From assembly GCA_016748015.1 (NCBI GenBank), contig JAAOMT010000009.1, positions 2,216,200 to 2,280,199 of the forward strand: a stretch of 64,000 bases of DNA, written 5' to 3'. Every line of letters begins with the position of its first letter. Within the stretch, counting starts at the first letter, position 1. This DNA is from Geosiphon pyriformis uo1 (Eukaryota > Fungi > Glomeromycota). The position numbers and the translations under genes are program-made. Below are positions 1 through 10,505 of the stretch, piece after piece. The notes beneath the pieces are model-generated. The model was not told where the DNA came from. It made no database searches and worked only from the letters and a program-made list of their open reading frames with translations.

Positions 1-814
1 CTTGTGATCAAATTTTCCACTCCACTGTTTTTCCATTTTTGTACGATGCAACAATACTTTATCTCCAATTTTGTAGCTAATTATATTATCTGGTAACTGG
101 TTATCATGTCTCACTTTTTGTTGTTCTTGTGATTGTTCAATATTTTGTGCTGCTTTTTTTTTTTTGTTTTCTAAAGTTCCCATTAATTCGTATGTTCTTC
201 TAAGTAGTGTTTCCTGGAATGTTGCTTCCGTGATAGTGTCACTCGGATAAGTTGGAATAGTAAGTTCAATGGGTAATATGGCTTTTCTTTCATAAACTAG
301 TTCAAACGGTATGAATTGTGTAGTATCTTGTTTTACTGTTCTATATGCTAATAGTACTGCTGGTATGAACAAATCCCATTCTTTTTCATGTTCGTTACTA
401 ATTTTCGNNNNNNNNNNNNNNNNNNNNNNNNNNNNNNNNNNNNNNNNNNNNNNNNNNNNNNNNNNNNNNNNNNNNNNNNNNNNNNNNNNNNNNNNNNNNN
501 NNNNNNNNNNNNNNNNNNNNNNNNNNNNNNNNNNNNNNNNNNNNNNNNNNNNNNNNNNNNNNNNNNNNNNNNNNNNNNNNNNNNNNNNNNNNNNNNNNNN
601 NNNNNNNNNNNNNNNNNNNNNNNNNNNNNNNNNNNNNNNNNNNNNNNNNNNNNNNNNNNNNNNNNNNNNNNNNNNNNNNNNNNNNNNNNNNNNNNNNNNN
701 NNNNNNNNNNNNNNNNNNNNNNNNNNNNNNNNNNNNNNNNNNNNNNNNNNNNNNNNNNNNNNNNNNNNNNNNNNNNNNNNNNNNNNNNNNNNNNNNNNNN
801 NNNNNNNNNNNNNN

Positions 815-1039
815 AATATCTGAGTGCATGTTAAATAAGATAGTTTCTTTTTCATCCGTGGTTATAACTCTTAATGGATTATCTGGATTTTGTTGATTCC
901 GGTAATAAAGTATGTGATTTTGGATGAAATAGTGTTTTGCTAATTTTTGGAGCTTAATTAGCTCTTTTACTGGCATTTCTTCGTCTATTTGTAGTGTTTC
1001 CAAGTATTGGCTGAGGTTTTTGTAAAGGTGGTTGTTCAT
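815..1039 (-). CDS. Integrase N-terminus in a separate ORF; further integrase pieces at 1476-1885 and 1-407
   Basis: MNNHLYK...LFNMHSDI. The 1476-1885 copy continues HSGHFG...CDPCQRR...PFDRIGIDLVG. Segment 1-407 reads WDLFIPAVLLAYRT...PFELVY. Confidence 0.85.
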
Positions 1040-1068
1040 TGTTGTTGTGGCAGGTGGGTTGGTAATTT

Positions 1069-1455
1069 TTATGTGTATCTTATTCTTGACAAACAGTTGG
1101 CATTAGCATTTTTGGTACCTTCTTTGTATTTGATAATATAATCGTATGGTGCTAACGTTTGTGACCATCTGGTGTATTTTCCTTTTAGCGCTTTCTTGTT
1201 CTTTAACCAGACCAGACCTCTATGATCTGTCGTAATCTCAAAGGGTTGGTACCGTAAATATGTGTCAAAGTGAACACAACTCCAGACTACTGCTAAGCAT
1301 TCAAGTTCATGTGCTGCGTAGTTTTGTTCTGCCGTACTGAGACTTCTGCTGGCATAAGTAATTACACGTTCTCTTCCATTATCATCTTTTTGTGACAGAA
1401 TGGCTCCAAGTCCAGTTCCAGAGGCATCTGTGGCCAAAATGAATTTCTTGTTGAA
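1069..1455 (-). CDS. Ty3/gypsy RNase H (end of Pol ORF)
   Basis: ATDASGTGLGAILSQ...YASRSLS...NYAAHELECLAVVW...TDHRGL...NANANCLSR, then TAA at 1071-1069. Confidence 0.92.
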   Translation of the reverse strand, partial: FNKKFILATDASGTGLGAILSQKDDNGRERVITYASRSLSTAEQNYAAHELECLAVVWSCVHFDTYLRYQPFEITTDHRGLVWLKNKKALKGKYTRWSQTLAPYDYIIKYKEGTKNANANCLSRIRYT

Positions 1456-2565
1456 NNNNNNNNNNNNNNNNNNNNTAACGGTTGTTTCTTGTTGTTATTG
1501 GTAAGAGTCCAACTAAATCAATTCCGATTCTGTCAAATGGCTGTCCAACTTTTATTGGTCTTAATAATTCCGTTGTTTTTGCTCCTCTTCTTCGTTGGCA
1601 TGGGTCACAATTTCTTATGTATTGGATTATGTCTGAGCTCATTTTTGGCCAATAGTAACGGCTAGTTGCACGTTAGATGGTTGCTGTTTTTCCAAAGTGG
1701 CCTGAATGAATATCTGAGTGCATGTTAAATAAGATAGTTTCTTTTTCATCCGTGGTTATAACTCTTAATGGATTATCTGGATTTTGTTGATTCCGGTAAT
1801 AAAGTATGTGATTTTGGATGAAATAGTGTTTTGCTAATTTTTGGAGCTTAATTAGCTCTTTTACTGGCATTTCTTTGTCTATTTGNNNNNNNNNNNNNNN
1901 NNNNNNNNNNNNNNNNNNNNNNNNNNNNNNNNNNNNNNNNNNNNNNNNNNNNNNNNNNNNNNNNNNNNNNNNNNNNNNNNNNNNNNNNNNNNNNNNNNNN
2001 NNNNNNNNNNNNNNNNNNNNNNNNNNNNNNNNNNNNNNNNNNNNNNNNNNNNNNNNNNNNNNNNNNNNNNNNNNNNNNNNNNNNNNNNNNNNNNNNNNNN
2101 NNNNNNNNNNNNNNNNNNNNNNNNNNNNNNNNNNNNNNNNNNNNNNNNNNNNNNNNNNNNNNNNNNNNNNNNNNNNNNNNNNNNNNNNNNNNNNNNNNNN
2201 NNNNNNNNNNNNNNNNNNNNNNNNNNNNNNNNNNNNNNNNNNNNNNNNNNNNNNNNNNNNNNNNNNNNNNNNNNNNNNNNNNNNNNNNNNNNNNNNNNNN
2301 NNNNNNNNNNNNNNNNNNNNNNNNNNNNNNNNNNNNNNNNNNNNNNNNNNNNNNNNNNNNNNNNNNNNNNNNNNNNNNNNNNNNNNNNNNNNNNNNNNNN
2401 NNNNNNNNNNNNNNNNNNNNNNNNNNNNNNNNNNNNNNNNNNNNNNNNNNNNNNNNNNNNNNNNNNNNNNNNNNNNNNNNNNNNNNNNNNNNNNNNNNNN
2501 NNNNNNNNNNNNNNNNNNNNNNNNNNNNNNNNNNNNNNNNNNNNNNNNNNNNNNNNNNNNNNNNN

Positions 2566-4729
2566 CGCTCATTTTTAATTACTTCGCCTTTTTCCTCTAT
2601 TGTTTCAGCAAAATTCGCTTCAATTCCTTTTCCTGTCGATCCGAAACCAAAAGTTCCTCTCATTGTTTGTGACAATTCCTCACGATTTTCCACTGGCACG
2701 AATTTCCCAATTTTTACCAATGGTAGGAAAATTGCTTGTGCAATCTTTTCCTTAAATTCAATGGTATAAGGCTTTTCTGAATTGTTCTGTAGCAAAACCA
2801 TCAAATTTCCAGTATATCCGGAGTCAATTACTCCTCCTTGAATGCTTATTCCTTTTTTCGCGAGGCTTGATCGTGACGTCATTTGAACCATTATTCCTGG
2901 CGGAATTTCAACCGCTATTTTTAGGTCAATTTTGGTAATGCTCCTGGGTGGTAACGTTGTGGATTGGTCTTCCGGATAACATAGATCGAATCCGGCATCG
3001 GTTGGATGGGCTCTTTCGGGTATTATTCCTAAGTGCCCGTTGTCGAAGTATCGGATGTCGGTCACCTGTTCTAGGTCAGTATAGGCTACAAATTTTTCTG
3101 ACTCGGGACCGTCAGGTGAGTCTTGTTGATTTATTGATTGATTTTGAGACTGCTGATTCTCAATTTCCATTTTTCTTTCTAAGTCCCTTTCATCTTGACA
3201 CTCTTCACAGCACTGACTTTGGCACGGGATGAGACAGTTTTCGCAGAGATAAGTGTTGATTTGGGCGAGGTATTGTTCTTGCTCTTGTCGAGTGGGGCAT
3301 AGTTGTTGGTAGTAGTCCTGGAATTCGTCCACTGGGTCGAACATGTTGTAGCTGGCGACTTCGTCGGCTACTTCGGCTGACTCTTTCCAACGTCGTATTT
3401 CTTCGGCGGTTCCTCCTCTTACTTTGGCTTGTGCGGTGTTGTACAACTCGTCCTCGTCGTGTGGGTAGTGCTGTAGTCTTTTTAACGCTCTGTTGAACGC
3501 TGCTTCGAACGGCGTTCCTCCTCTTACCCAGTCACAGATGAGGATCGTGTATTGGCAAGTTGCATCACACGTTCCTTCTCTGCCTGGTAAGTCGTTCCAG
3601 TCGCACCCTCTTGGTAACAGTTCTCCACAAGCGAGGCACGGTTCCTCGTCCCATTTTCCGTGTCTTTCTGGGTAACCGTATTTTTCTTTGTTATAACGGT
3701 TACAATAGTAGTGGGTGAGGTTTCTTGGGTCTTTGTCCGGTGTGCTGCACGCAGTCATAGACGAGAGTTTCTTCTTGCAAACCGAGCATTCTAGCTTTGG
3801 TCTGTGTCGCTGGTGGTTTCTTCGTGAACTTACCTGGTTCCATTCGGATCTTTCTTTGCTGGTCCACGTTGGTACGGCTGGTAGTCCTGTTCTTTGGTTA
3901 TCAGCCCAAGAGAGCTGATAGGTTTCGATGGCTGGTAGTGCTGGATTTTCCTCAAATTCGAAGGTAGGTCTTTGGTTGGCGCTGGGTTTTTGGAAGTGGC
4001 CACAGGTGGCTGGAATTTTGGCCTGGTGGCCATTATAATTGATCAGAAGCTCTTGGGTGGTCCAGTCTAGGGTGGCATTGGCTTTTGTTAGCCAGTCATT
4101 TCCTACTAACGCTTGATATTGTGTAGCGTTCATTACTAATACTTTTGTAGGTATTACTATGCCGTTAATTTCGAAAGGGAATGAGTCGATTTCGCTATAA
4201 AGCAGCTTTGTACTTCCATCAGCTGTTATGATTTGGGACGTCGCAGCACAATCAACTTTGAAACCCAGTTGGTTTACTAGTTGAAGCGTTACGATGCTTC
4301 CAGCGGATCCGCTGTCTAAGATAAGTTTAATTGGGGTATTGTTTACAGTGGCTTCCGTATACATAGCAGTGATTGGGCGTTTTTCGTCCAATGCTGCTCC
4401 ACTGAACATAGCCTCGTTTTCCTTTAATTCAAAAGGAAAAATAGCTGCGAGGCTGTTATCTTCGGTGGCAACTGCTGGTGGTATTGTCTGGCTCAATTTG
4501 GAGGAATTCTTGGTTCTGTTTATGTTTCTACCGTCATTGTTTCCGATGATCAGGTTTTCCGGTATATTAAGGTAAGTTTGTTGATAATTTTGGTAGTTTG
4601 GATTGGTTTGCTGATTGGTTCCGGCGCGGTTTAGATTCCTCTGGACCAACGCGTTCTGGTTCCACATGGGCTGATTTTGGGCCTCGGGACGCCAATTCGG
4701 GTTGGCTATCATGGGCTGTTGCTGGTAAG
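2566..4729 (-). CDS. Gag-Pol continuation: aspartic protease, Cys-rich region and dUTPase
   Basis: Protease motifs LILDSGSAGSIV (~4300) and ALVGNDWL. dUTPase motifs AGFDL, SRSSLA, GVIDSGYTG, KIAQ and RGTFGFGSTG (~2630-3010). In frame with the gag tail. Confidence 0.9.
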
Positions 4730-4749
4730 NNNNNNNNNNNNNNNNNNNN

Positions 4750-5226
4750 CTCTTCCTAAAATGCTGCTTTTTAATCCTCTAATAAACTGATTTAAAACCT
4801 GAGGATCAGTGTAGTATCCTTGTTCAATCGCTTCAATCTGACGGCGAATTCGATTGAATCGAGCAAGGTATTGGGTGACAGTTTCACCGGTATTTTGCTT
4901 GATAGTATTGAATTCGTTCTGTAGTTGAATTATGACGTTTGGGTCGCTAAAATACTCCAGGAGTGCATTTTTAAATTCGGCGAAGCTCGTGGGTTTTGTT
5001 TCCAGGCTTTGATACCACGAGTCGGCTGTGCCTTTCAGGAAGAAAGGTAATGTTTGAATTGCTCTTTGGTCATTCCAGTTATTTGCCTGGATGGCTTTTT
5101 GTGCTTCTCTGAGCCATGTGTACACGTCCGTTTCTTCTTCCTCTCCTGAGAAATCTGTTAGTCTTGCAATGTATGATGTGGTCATTTCGTTGCTGTTTTC
5201 TGCTGGTGGGTTTATTGGTCTAAGAG
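4750..5226 (-). repeat. Near-identical duplicate of gag segment ~5920-6396 between 20-N gaps (probable scaffolding artefact of a multicopy element)
   Basis: Sequence repeats almost exactly across short N gaps. The same pattern is seen for ~815-990 vs ~1710-1885 and ~4518-4729 vs 5247-5458. Confidence 0.8.
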
Positions 5227-5246
5227 NNNNNNNNNNNNNNNNNNNN

Positions 5247-6760
5247 GTTTATGTTTCTACCGTCATTGTTTCCGATGATCAGGTTTTCCGGTATATTAAG
5301 GTAAGTTTGTTGATAATTTTGGTAGTTTGGATTGGTTTGCTGATTGGTTCCGGCGCGGTTTGGATTCCTCTGGACCAACGCGTTCTGGTTCCACATGGGC
5401 TGATTTTGGGCCTCGGGACGCCAATTCGGGTTGGCTATCATGGGCTGTTGCTGGTAAGCTCCTTGATTTTGATACGTGGTGGGATATTGGCGTGGTATTG
5501 GCGTGTACTGGTTTCTGGGCATTTGGGGTGGCGCGTAGTAATTATTTTCGCGTGCTTCCTGCATCATTCGCGTTCGACATTGACTAATCAAATGTCCTAC
5601 GCGTTTGCAAAAATGACAGGCGCATGTTTCTGTTCTGAATTCCTGGCACGACGGGCGATTATTTCGACTGTCGCTGACTTTCTGGCTGCGTCTTTGGGGT
5701 GGTTGGTATGTATTTTTTCTCGGATCCGGGATGAGGTAACTTTCTATTTTCTTAGAGAGTTCCTCCCCTAATCGCATTACTCTTTTCTCTAATGTTTCTG
5801 TCTTATTTTCCTCCATTACCATGTTAACCATTTGACTATGGTTAGCTTCTTTCTCAGCTGATTCAAGGGCTTTGGCGAGCGTAACGGCTTCTGGTAAGGA
5901 ATTAGGGTGGGCAGGGCGTACTCTTCCTAAAATGCTGCTTTTTAATCCTCTAATAAACTGATTTAAAACCTGAGGATCAGTGTAGTATCCTTGTTCAATC
6001 GCTTCAATCTGACGGCGAATTCGATTGAATCGAGCAAGGTATTGGGTGACAGTTTCACCGGTATTTTGCTTGATAGTATTGAATTCGTTCTGTAGTTGGA
6101 TTATGACGTTTGGGTCGCTAAAATACTCCAGGAGTGCATTTTTAAATTCGGCGAAGCTCGTGGGTTTTGTTTCCAGGCTTTGATACCACGAGTCGGCTGT
6201 GCCTTTCAGGAAGAAAGGTAATGTTTGAATTGCTCTTTGGTCATTCCAGTTATTTGCCTGGATGGCTTTTTGTGCTTCTCTGAGCCATGTGTACACGTCC
6301 GTTTCTTCTTCCTCTCCTGAGAAATCTGTTAGTCTTGCAATGTATGATGTGGTCATTTCGTTGCTGTTTTCTGCTGGTGGGTTTATTGGTCTAAGAGGAG
6401 GTGGGATGATATTTCCTTGAGCGTTCCTAAAGGTGGCTTCCCTTATATCTGGTTTTTTCTCTTGATCACGAGTTTCTTGGTTTCTGAACTGGCTGCTTGT
6501 TCCAGTGACTGGTCTTGTGATTGTTTTTTCGCTGGTCTCTTTTTCGGATTCTGATTCAGACTTCTCTTCACGGTTTTCAAACCCCGTTCTAAATTTTGGC
6601 TGAAAAAGAGGGTTTTGGAATAGTGATGAATATCCTCCTGTAATTGGTATGTCTTCCCAGTTACGTTGTTTAATTTTATCAATATAACTAGGAGTTTTTG
6701 GTGTTTGTGGAGTTGATGTTGATGATGATGCAGCTCCTAATGGAATTTGTATCTTATTTT
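5247..6760 (-). CDS. Retrotransposon Gag with CCHC zinc knuckle (5' end in gap)
   Basis: Capsid-like FSGEEEETDVYTWL...FFLKGTADSWY...QFIRGL and knuckle CHFCKRVGHLISQC. The frame stays open upstream of the ATG at 6356 to the gap at 6760. Confidence 0.9.
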
Positions 6761-7413
6761 NNNNNNNNNNNNNNNNNNNNNNNNNNNNNNNNNNNNNNNN
6801 NNNNNNNNNNNNNNNNNNNNNNNNNNNNNNNNNNNNNNNNNNNNNNNNNNNNNNNNNNNNNNNNNNNNNNNNNNNNNNNNNNNNNNNNNNNNNNNNNNNN
6901 NNNNNNNNNNNNNNNNNNNNNNNNNNNNNNNNNNNNNNNNNNNNNNNNNNNNNNNNNNNNNNNNNNNNNNNNNNNNNNNNNNNNNNNNNNNNNNNNNNNN
7001 NNNNNNNNNNNNNNNNNNNNNNNNNNNNNNNNNNNNNNNNNNNNNNNNNNNNNNNNNNNNNNNNNNNNNNNNNNNNNNNNNNNNNNNNNNNNNNNNNNNN
7101 NNNNNNNNNNNNNNNNNNNNNNNNNNNNNNNNNNNNNNNNNNNNNNNNNNNNNNNNNNNNNNNNNNNNNNNNNNNNNNNNNNNNNNNNNNNNNNNNNNNN
7201 NNNNNNNNNNNNNNNNNNNNNNNNNNNNNNNNNNNNNNNNNNNNNNNNNNNNNGTGTTGGCTGCTATTGTGAACTGGTGCTTGCCACTATCGCGAGATGG
7301 TGTTTGCTACTATGTTAATCATTACCTTTCTAAGATTATTACTGTGCTATATTATGATTGAATAGTTTGTATTATTTTTATGATTCTTTTTGCTAAATTC
7401 TTAAACCGTAACA

Positions 7414-9503
7414 GCAATTAATACTGTTATTATTGCTAAAATATTGCAAAAATATGGTTTTAAATATGTTAAAATCTTGAGATTTGTTTACAAAATTCTG
7501 GTATTATAAGTTGGTAGTGTTTTGAAGAAAGTATGAGATGGTTTGAATTGCTTTGATATTGTTTCATTTATTGTTTGCAATGGCTTTTTTCACATTGTTT
7601 AGCCATGCTTGAGCATTGTCTTCTTTGCTAGTAAATTTTTCTAATTTGGCAATTGGTATATATATTATTAGTGCAAGTTGTTATTATTATGATTGTTGTT
7701 AAAATTGTTGTTAGGATTGTTGTTGTTATGTAGCAATTGGTACAATTGGTAGATTGATCACAATAACTGAAAATAAGTTTTGTTGAATAATAAGAGCATA
7801 GTTTGAATTGTTTAGGTTTTATAGAGTTTGAACAATTGAAGTTTGTATTTTTGGATTATCTAAAATCAAGTTTTGATTATTATTTTCCTAATTATTGTTT
7901 TTTATTTCTTTTAATTCAGTATTTTTCTAATGACTGGTAGATCCGAAATTTGGTTAAAGTGGTAGTAATCAAAGTTTTAATGGTGTTGTTGATTGTGATT
8001 TAAATTTTTTAAAGAAATTGCTGTAGGTTCTTAATAATTTGGTTTTTTTTTGATTATTTTGGAACAGTACTCTTGCTAATAGTATTTTTACAACTGCTGT
8101 GAATATGACTGTTAATGCTATGTAAATAGTACTTCTAGATATATAATAATATGATGAGTTAATCAGTAAAACAATTCTTGGTTTTTTCTAATTAGGTAAT
8201 TGTATTTTCCTTGGTGTTTTTGTTAGAGTTTGTAATTTTTTTTTGTTTGTAAAAGTAATAAAAAATCTCTGTTAAGTGTAATGTTCAATCTCTTTGTTTA
8301 TTTCTGTAATTAGTGATCCAAACAGTTGGTTTGGTAGAAGTGTAATGTTTTATAGTAGTGTTATGGTTGAGACTTATACTTCTTATTAATTATCACATGT
8401 ATTAGCCACTAATGTTATATGATTAGCCACACTATTTTTAGAAAGTGATTATTGACCTGATCAATGACCTGATTGTTGACCTGATCATTGACCTAATCAA
8501 TGATCTAATCAATGATCTAATCATTGACCTAATCATTGACTTGATTATTAACTACTTTTGATAGCTATATAAGCAATGAATCTTTTAGCTGTAGAAAAAC
8601 ATGTAATAATAAGCATCTGAATAATCAAAAATAAATAAAATAACAACTTTCATCTCAATTTTTCTCTTATTGCTAATTTCTTTTTCACTACTTTCAAGTA
8701 TCTGAACATCTTAAAGATAAAAGATTACTTGTTGGTCTTTTTCTAACATATATAATTGTAGCATTTGAAGATTATTTGAATAAACGTGACTGAAAAACAC
8801 AAGTTGATACTTGATATTGAATTTTAAAAGCATTGATGTGAGACATAGAATTATACTAGTGGTGATCAATTGTTGACAGTATGGACTATCCCTCTACCTT
8901 CAGATTCCCCAATTACCTTTGAAAAGAATAGCAACTGAGATATTTTATAAGACTGATCTTACACATTGAATCCATACTCATTCAATTCACTCTTTAAAGT
9001 TGAAATTCCCTTTGATTATTTCCATCACCCTACAATTCTGTTCTCTCTTGCTATCCGTTAACTTGTTACTCCAACCTATAACAGTAGTTTACTGTAGAAA
9101 TTCCTAATGGCAGCTTTTAGATTTCTTTGGTTTTTTAAGTAGAATTTAATTTTTTTATTGATGTAAAAGTTAAAAGCTGATTCTACTAGCCAATAGTTAC
9201 TTGTCAATCCAAGATGAATTTGATAATATTGAAATAAAAATTTTACAAATCTTAAATGATTTTCTCTTATGATTTTTTGGTTTGCCACTTTTCTAGATAA
9301 TTTGATGTTGGTACTAGTTTTCTGTTAAATTATATTTTACAAGAAGTACCAAATGTTATAAGTGATTATTTGAAATGTTAAAACAAATAACAAACTTATA
9401 ACTTGGTGCTTAATAGCTGATAATATTAATGATTTTTAAAGATTTTAAAGTCTAAAAGTTTTTGTTGAGTCTTTTGTATAATAAACAAAAATTCAATTAA
9501 TAG
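7414..9503 (-). mobile_element. Older decayed gypsy element: LTR-A fragment (9354-9503), PBS (~9337-9351) and degenerate gag, interrupted by solo LTR-B
   Basis: On the minus strand ...TAACA-TT-TGGTACTTCTTG (LTR end plus PBS) is followed by a gag remnant collinear with 56120-57290 (+). Confidence 0.8.
8359..9083 (+). mobile_element. Solo LTR (family B), 725 bp, 4-bp TSD GTAG
   Basis: Termini TGTTATGG...CCTATAACA, with GTAG at 8355-8358 and 9084-9087. Removing it restores the gag sequence seen at ~56350. It contains a 12-bp tandem array (TTGACCTGATCA-like, ~8450-8550) followed by TATATAA. Confidence 0.9.
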
Positions 9504-10505
9504 TATTACTTATAAAAAAATACAAAAAAAAAGTAGGAAAAATAGATAGAAAAAATAGACCAATAAAAAAATAGTACTTAGCAAGTAAATACAATATTAA
9601 AAATTATGACATATTGCTTAACAATATGTAAATTATTAGTAAATTATAACATACTGCTCAACAATGTACATATTTTTAGTGAATTATGGCATATTGCTTA
9701 GCAATAAGAGCATTGTCAAAAAATTATAATATATTGCTTAACAATAAAAGTATTGTCAAAGAAAATAAGACACATTGCTTAAAAAAATATAAGATCTTAT
9801 ATAATAAGAAATATGTATATATAATAAAAGTATTAAAGACAGAAAAAACAGAATTGATATTAACAATCAATTAATTATTTAATATTTTTCTTTTCAAAAG
9901 GTAGTTTTTTACAACTTGAAACAAAATCAAATCACATATTAATAAAATATCAATTATTATTTAAATTTATAATATTATTACTTGATTAAAGAAATATTAA
10001 TTACTTTTACTTTATTAACACTCTATATTAATAAAATTCAATACTTAACTACACTAGACCAATAGTTCTTAATCATGGCTATTAACAAAATACTAATTTT
10101 TTATTTTTTTTTCTTATTTTCTTTATTTTTTTTTATTTTTTTATTTTTTTTTATTTTTTTTTGTTTACTAATTAATTAAAAAAATTAAGTACTAAGTTAT
10201 TAATATTAAAAATAACCTGATAAAAAACTTGTAAAACAAGAGTAGAGAATTCATAAAATTAAGAATAACTTATCAGAAGAACAAGACTGCCAGAAAAACC
10301 AGTCATCATACTGAGAAAAAAATTTACAGAAAAAACTTCTGGAATAAATACTGAAATATTAATTAAATTTTTGTTTATTATACAAAGAACTTCAACCAAA
10401 ATTTTCAGATTATGAAAACTTTAGAATTACCAATTATATAAGCTATTGAACACCAAGTTATGAGTTTGTTATTTGTACCAACATCTTAAATAATCATCTG
10501 TAATA
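9504..10505 (+). mobile_element. LTR (family A), ~1 kb
   Basis: TATTAC...CTGTAATA (eroded TG...CA). Collinear with 55190-56098, partly with 60272-61153 and with minus-strand copies. Confidence 0.85.

Larger units (their letters stand above)
1..7413 (-). mobile_element. Young Ty3/gypsy LTR retrotransposon (gag-PR-Cys-rich-dUTPase-[RT presumably in gap]-RNase H-integrase), fragmented by N-gaps and running off the left edge
   Basis: Open frames show gag, a CCHC knuckle, DSG protease, dUTPase, RNase H (TDASGTGLGAILSQ) and integrase HHCC/core segments. RNase H precedes integrase, the gypsy order. The element ends in ...CCGTAACA at 7413 inside an older gag. Confidence 0.93.

Noticed and set aside
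4709-6396. Apparent tandem gag duplication, and integrase pieces on both sides of RNase H
   Set aside because: The duplicates abut 20-N gaps and are near-identical, typical of scaffolding a collapsed repeat. Not treated as biological or as a Gmr1-like domain order.
311-7361. Long ORFs in the track that are full of X
   Set aside because: They only span N-gaps and are artefacts.
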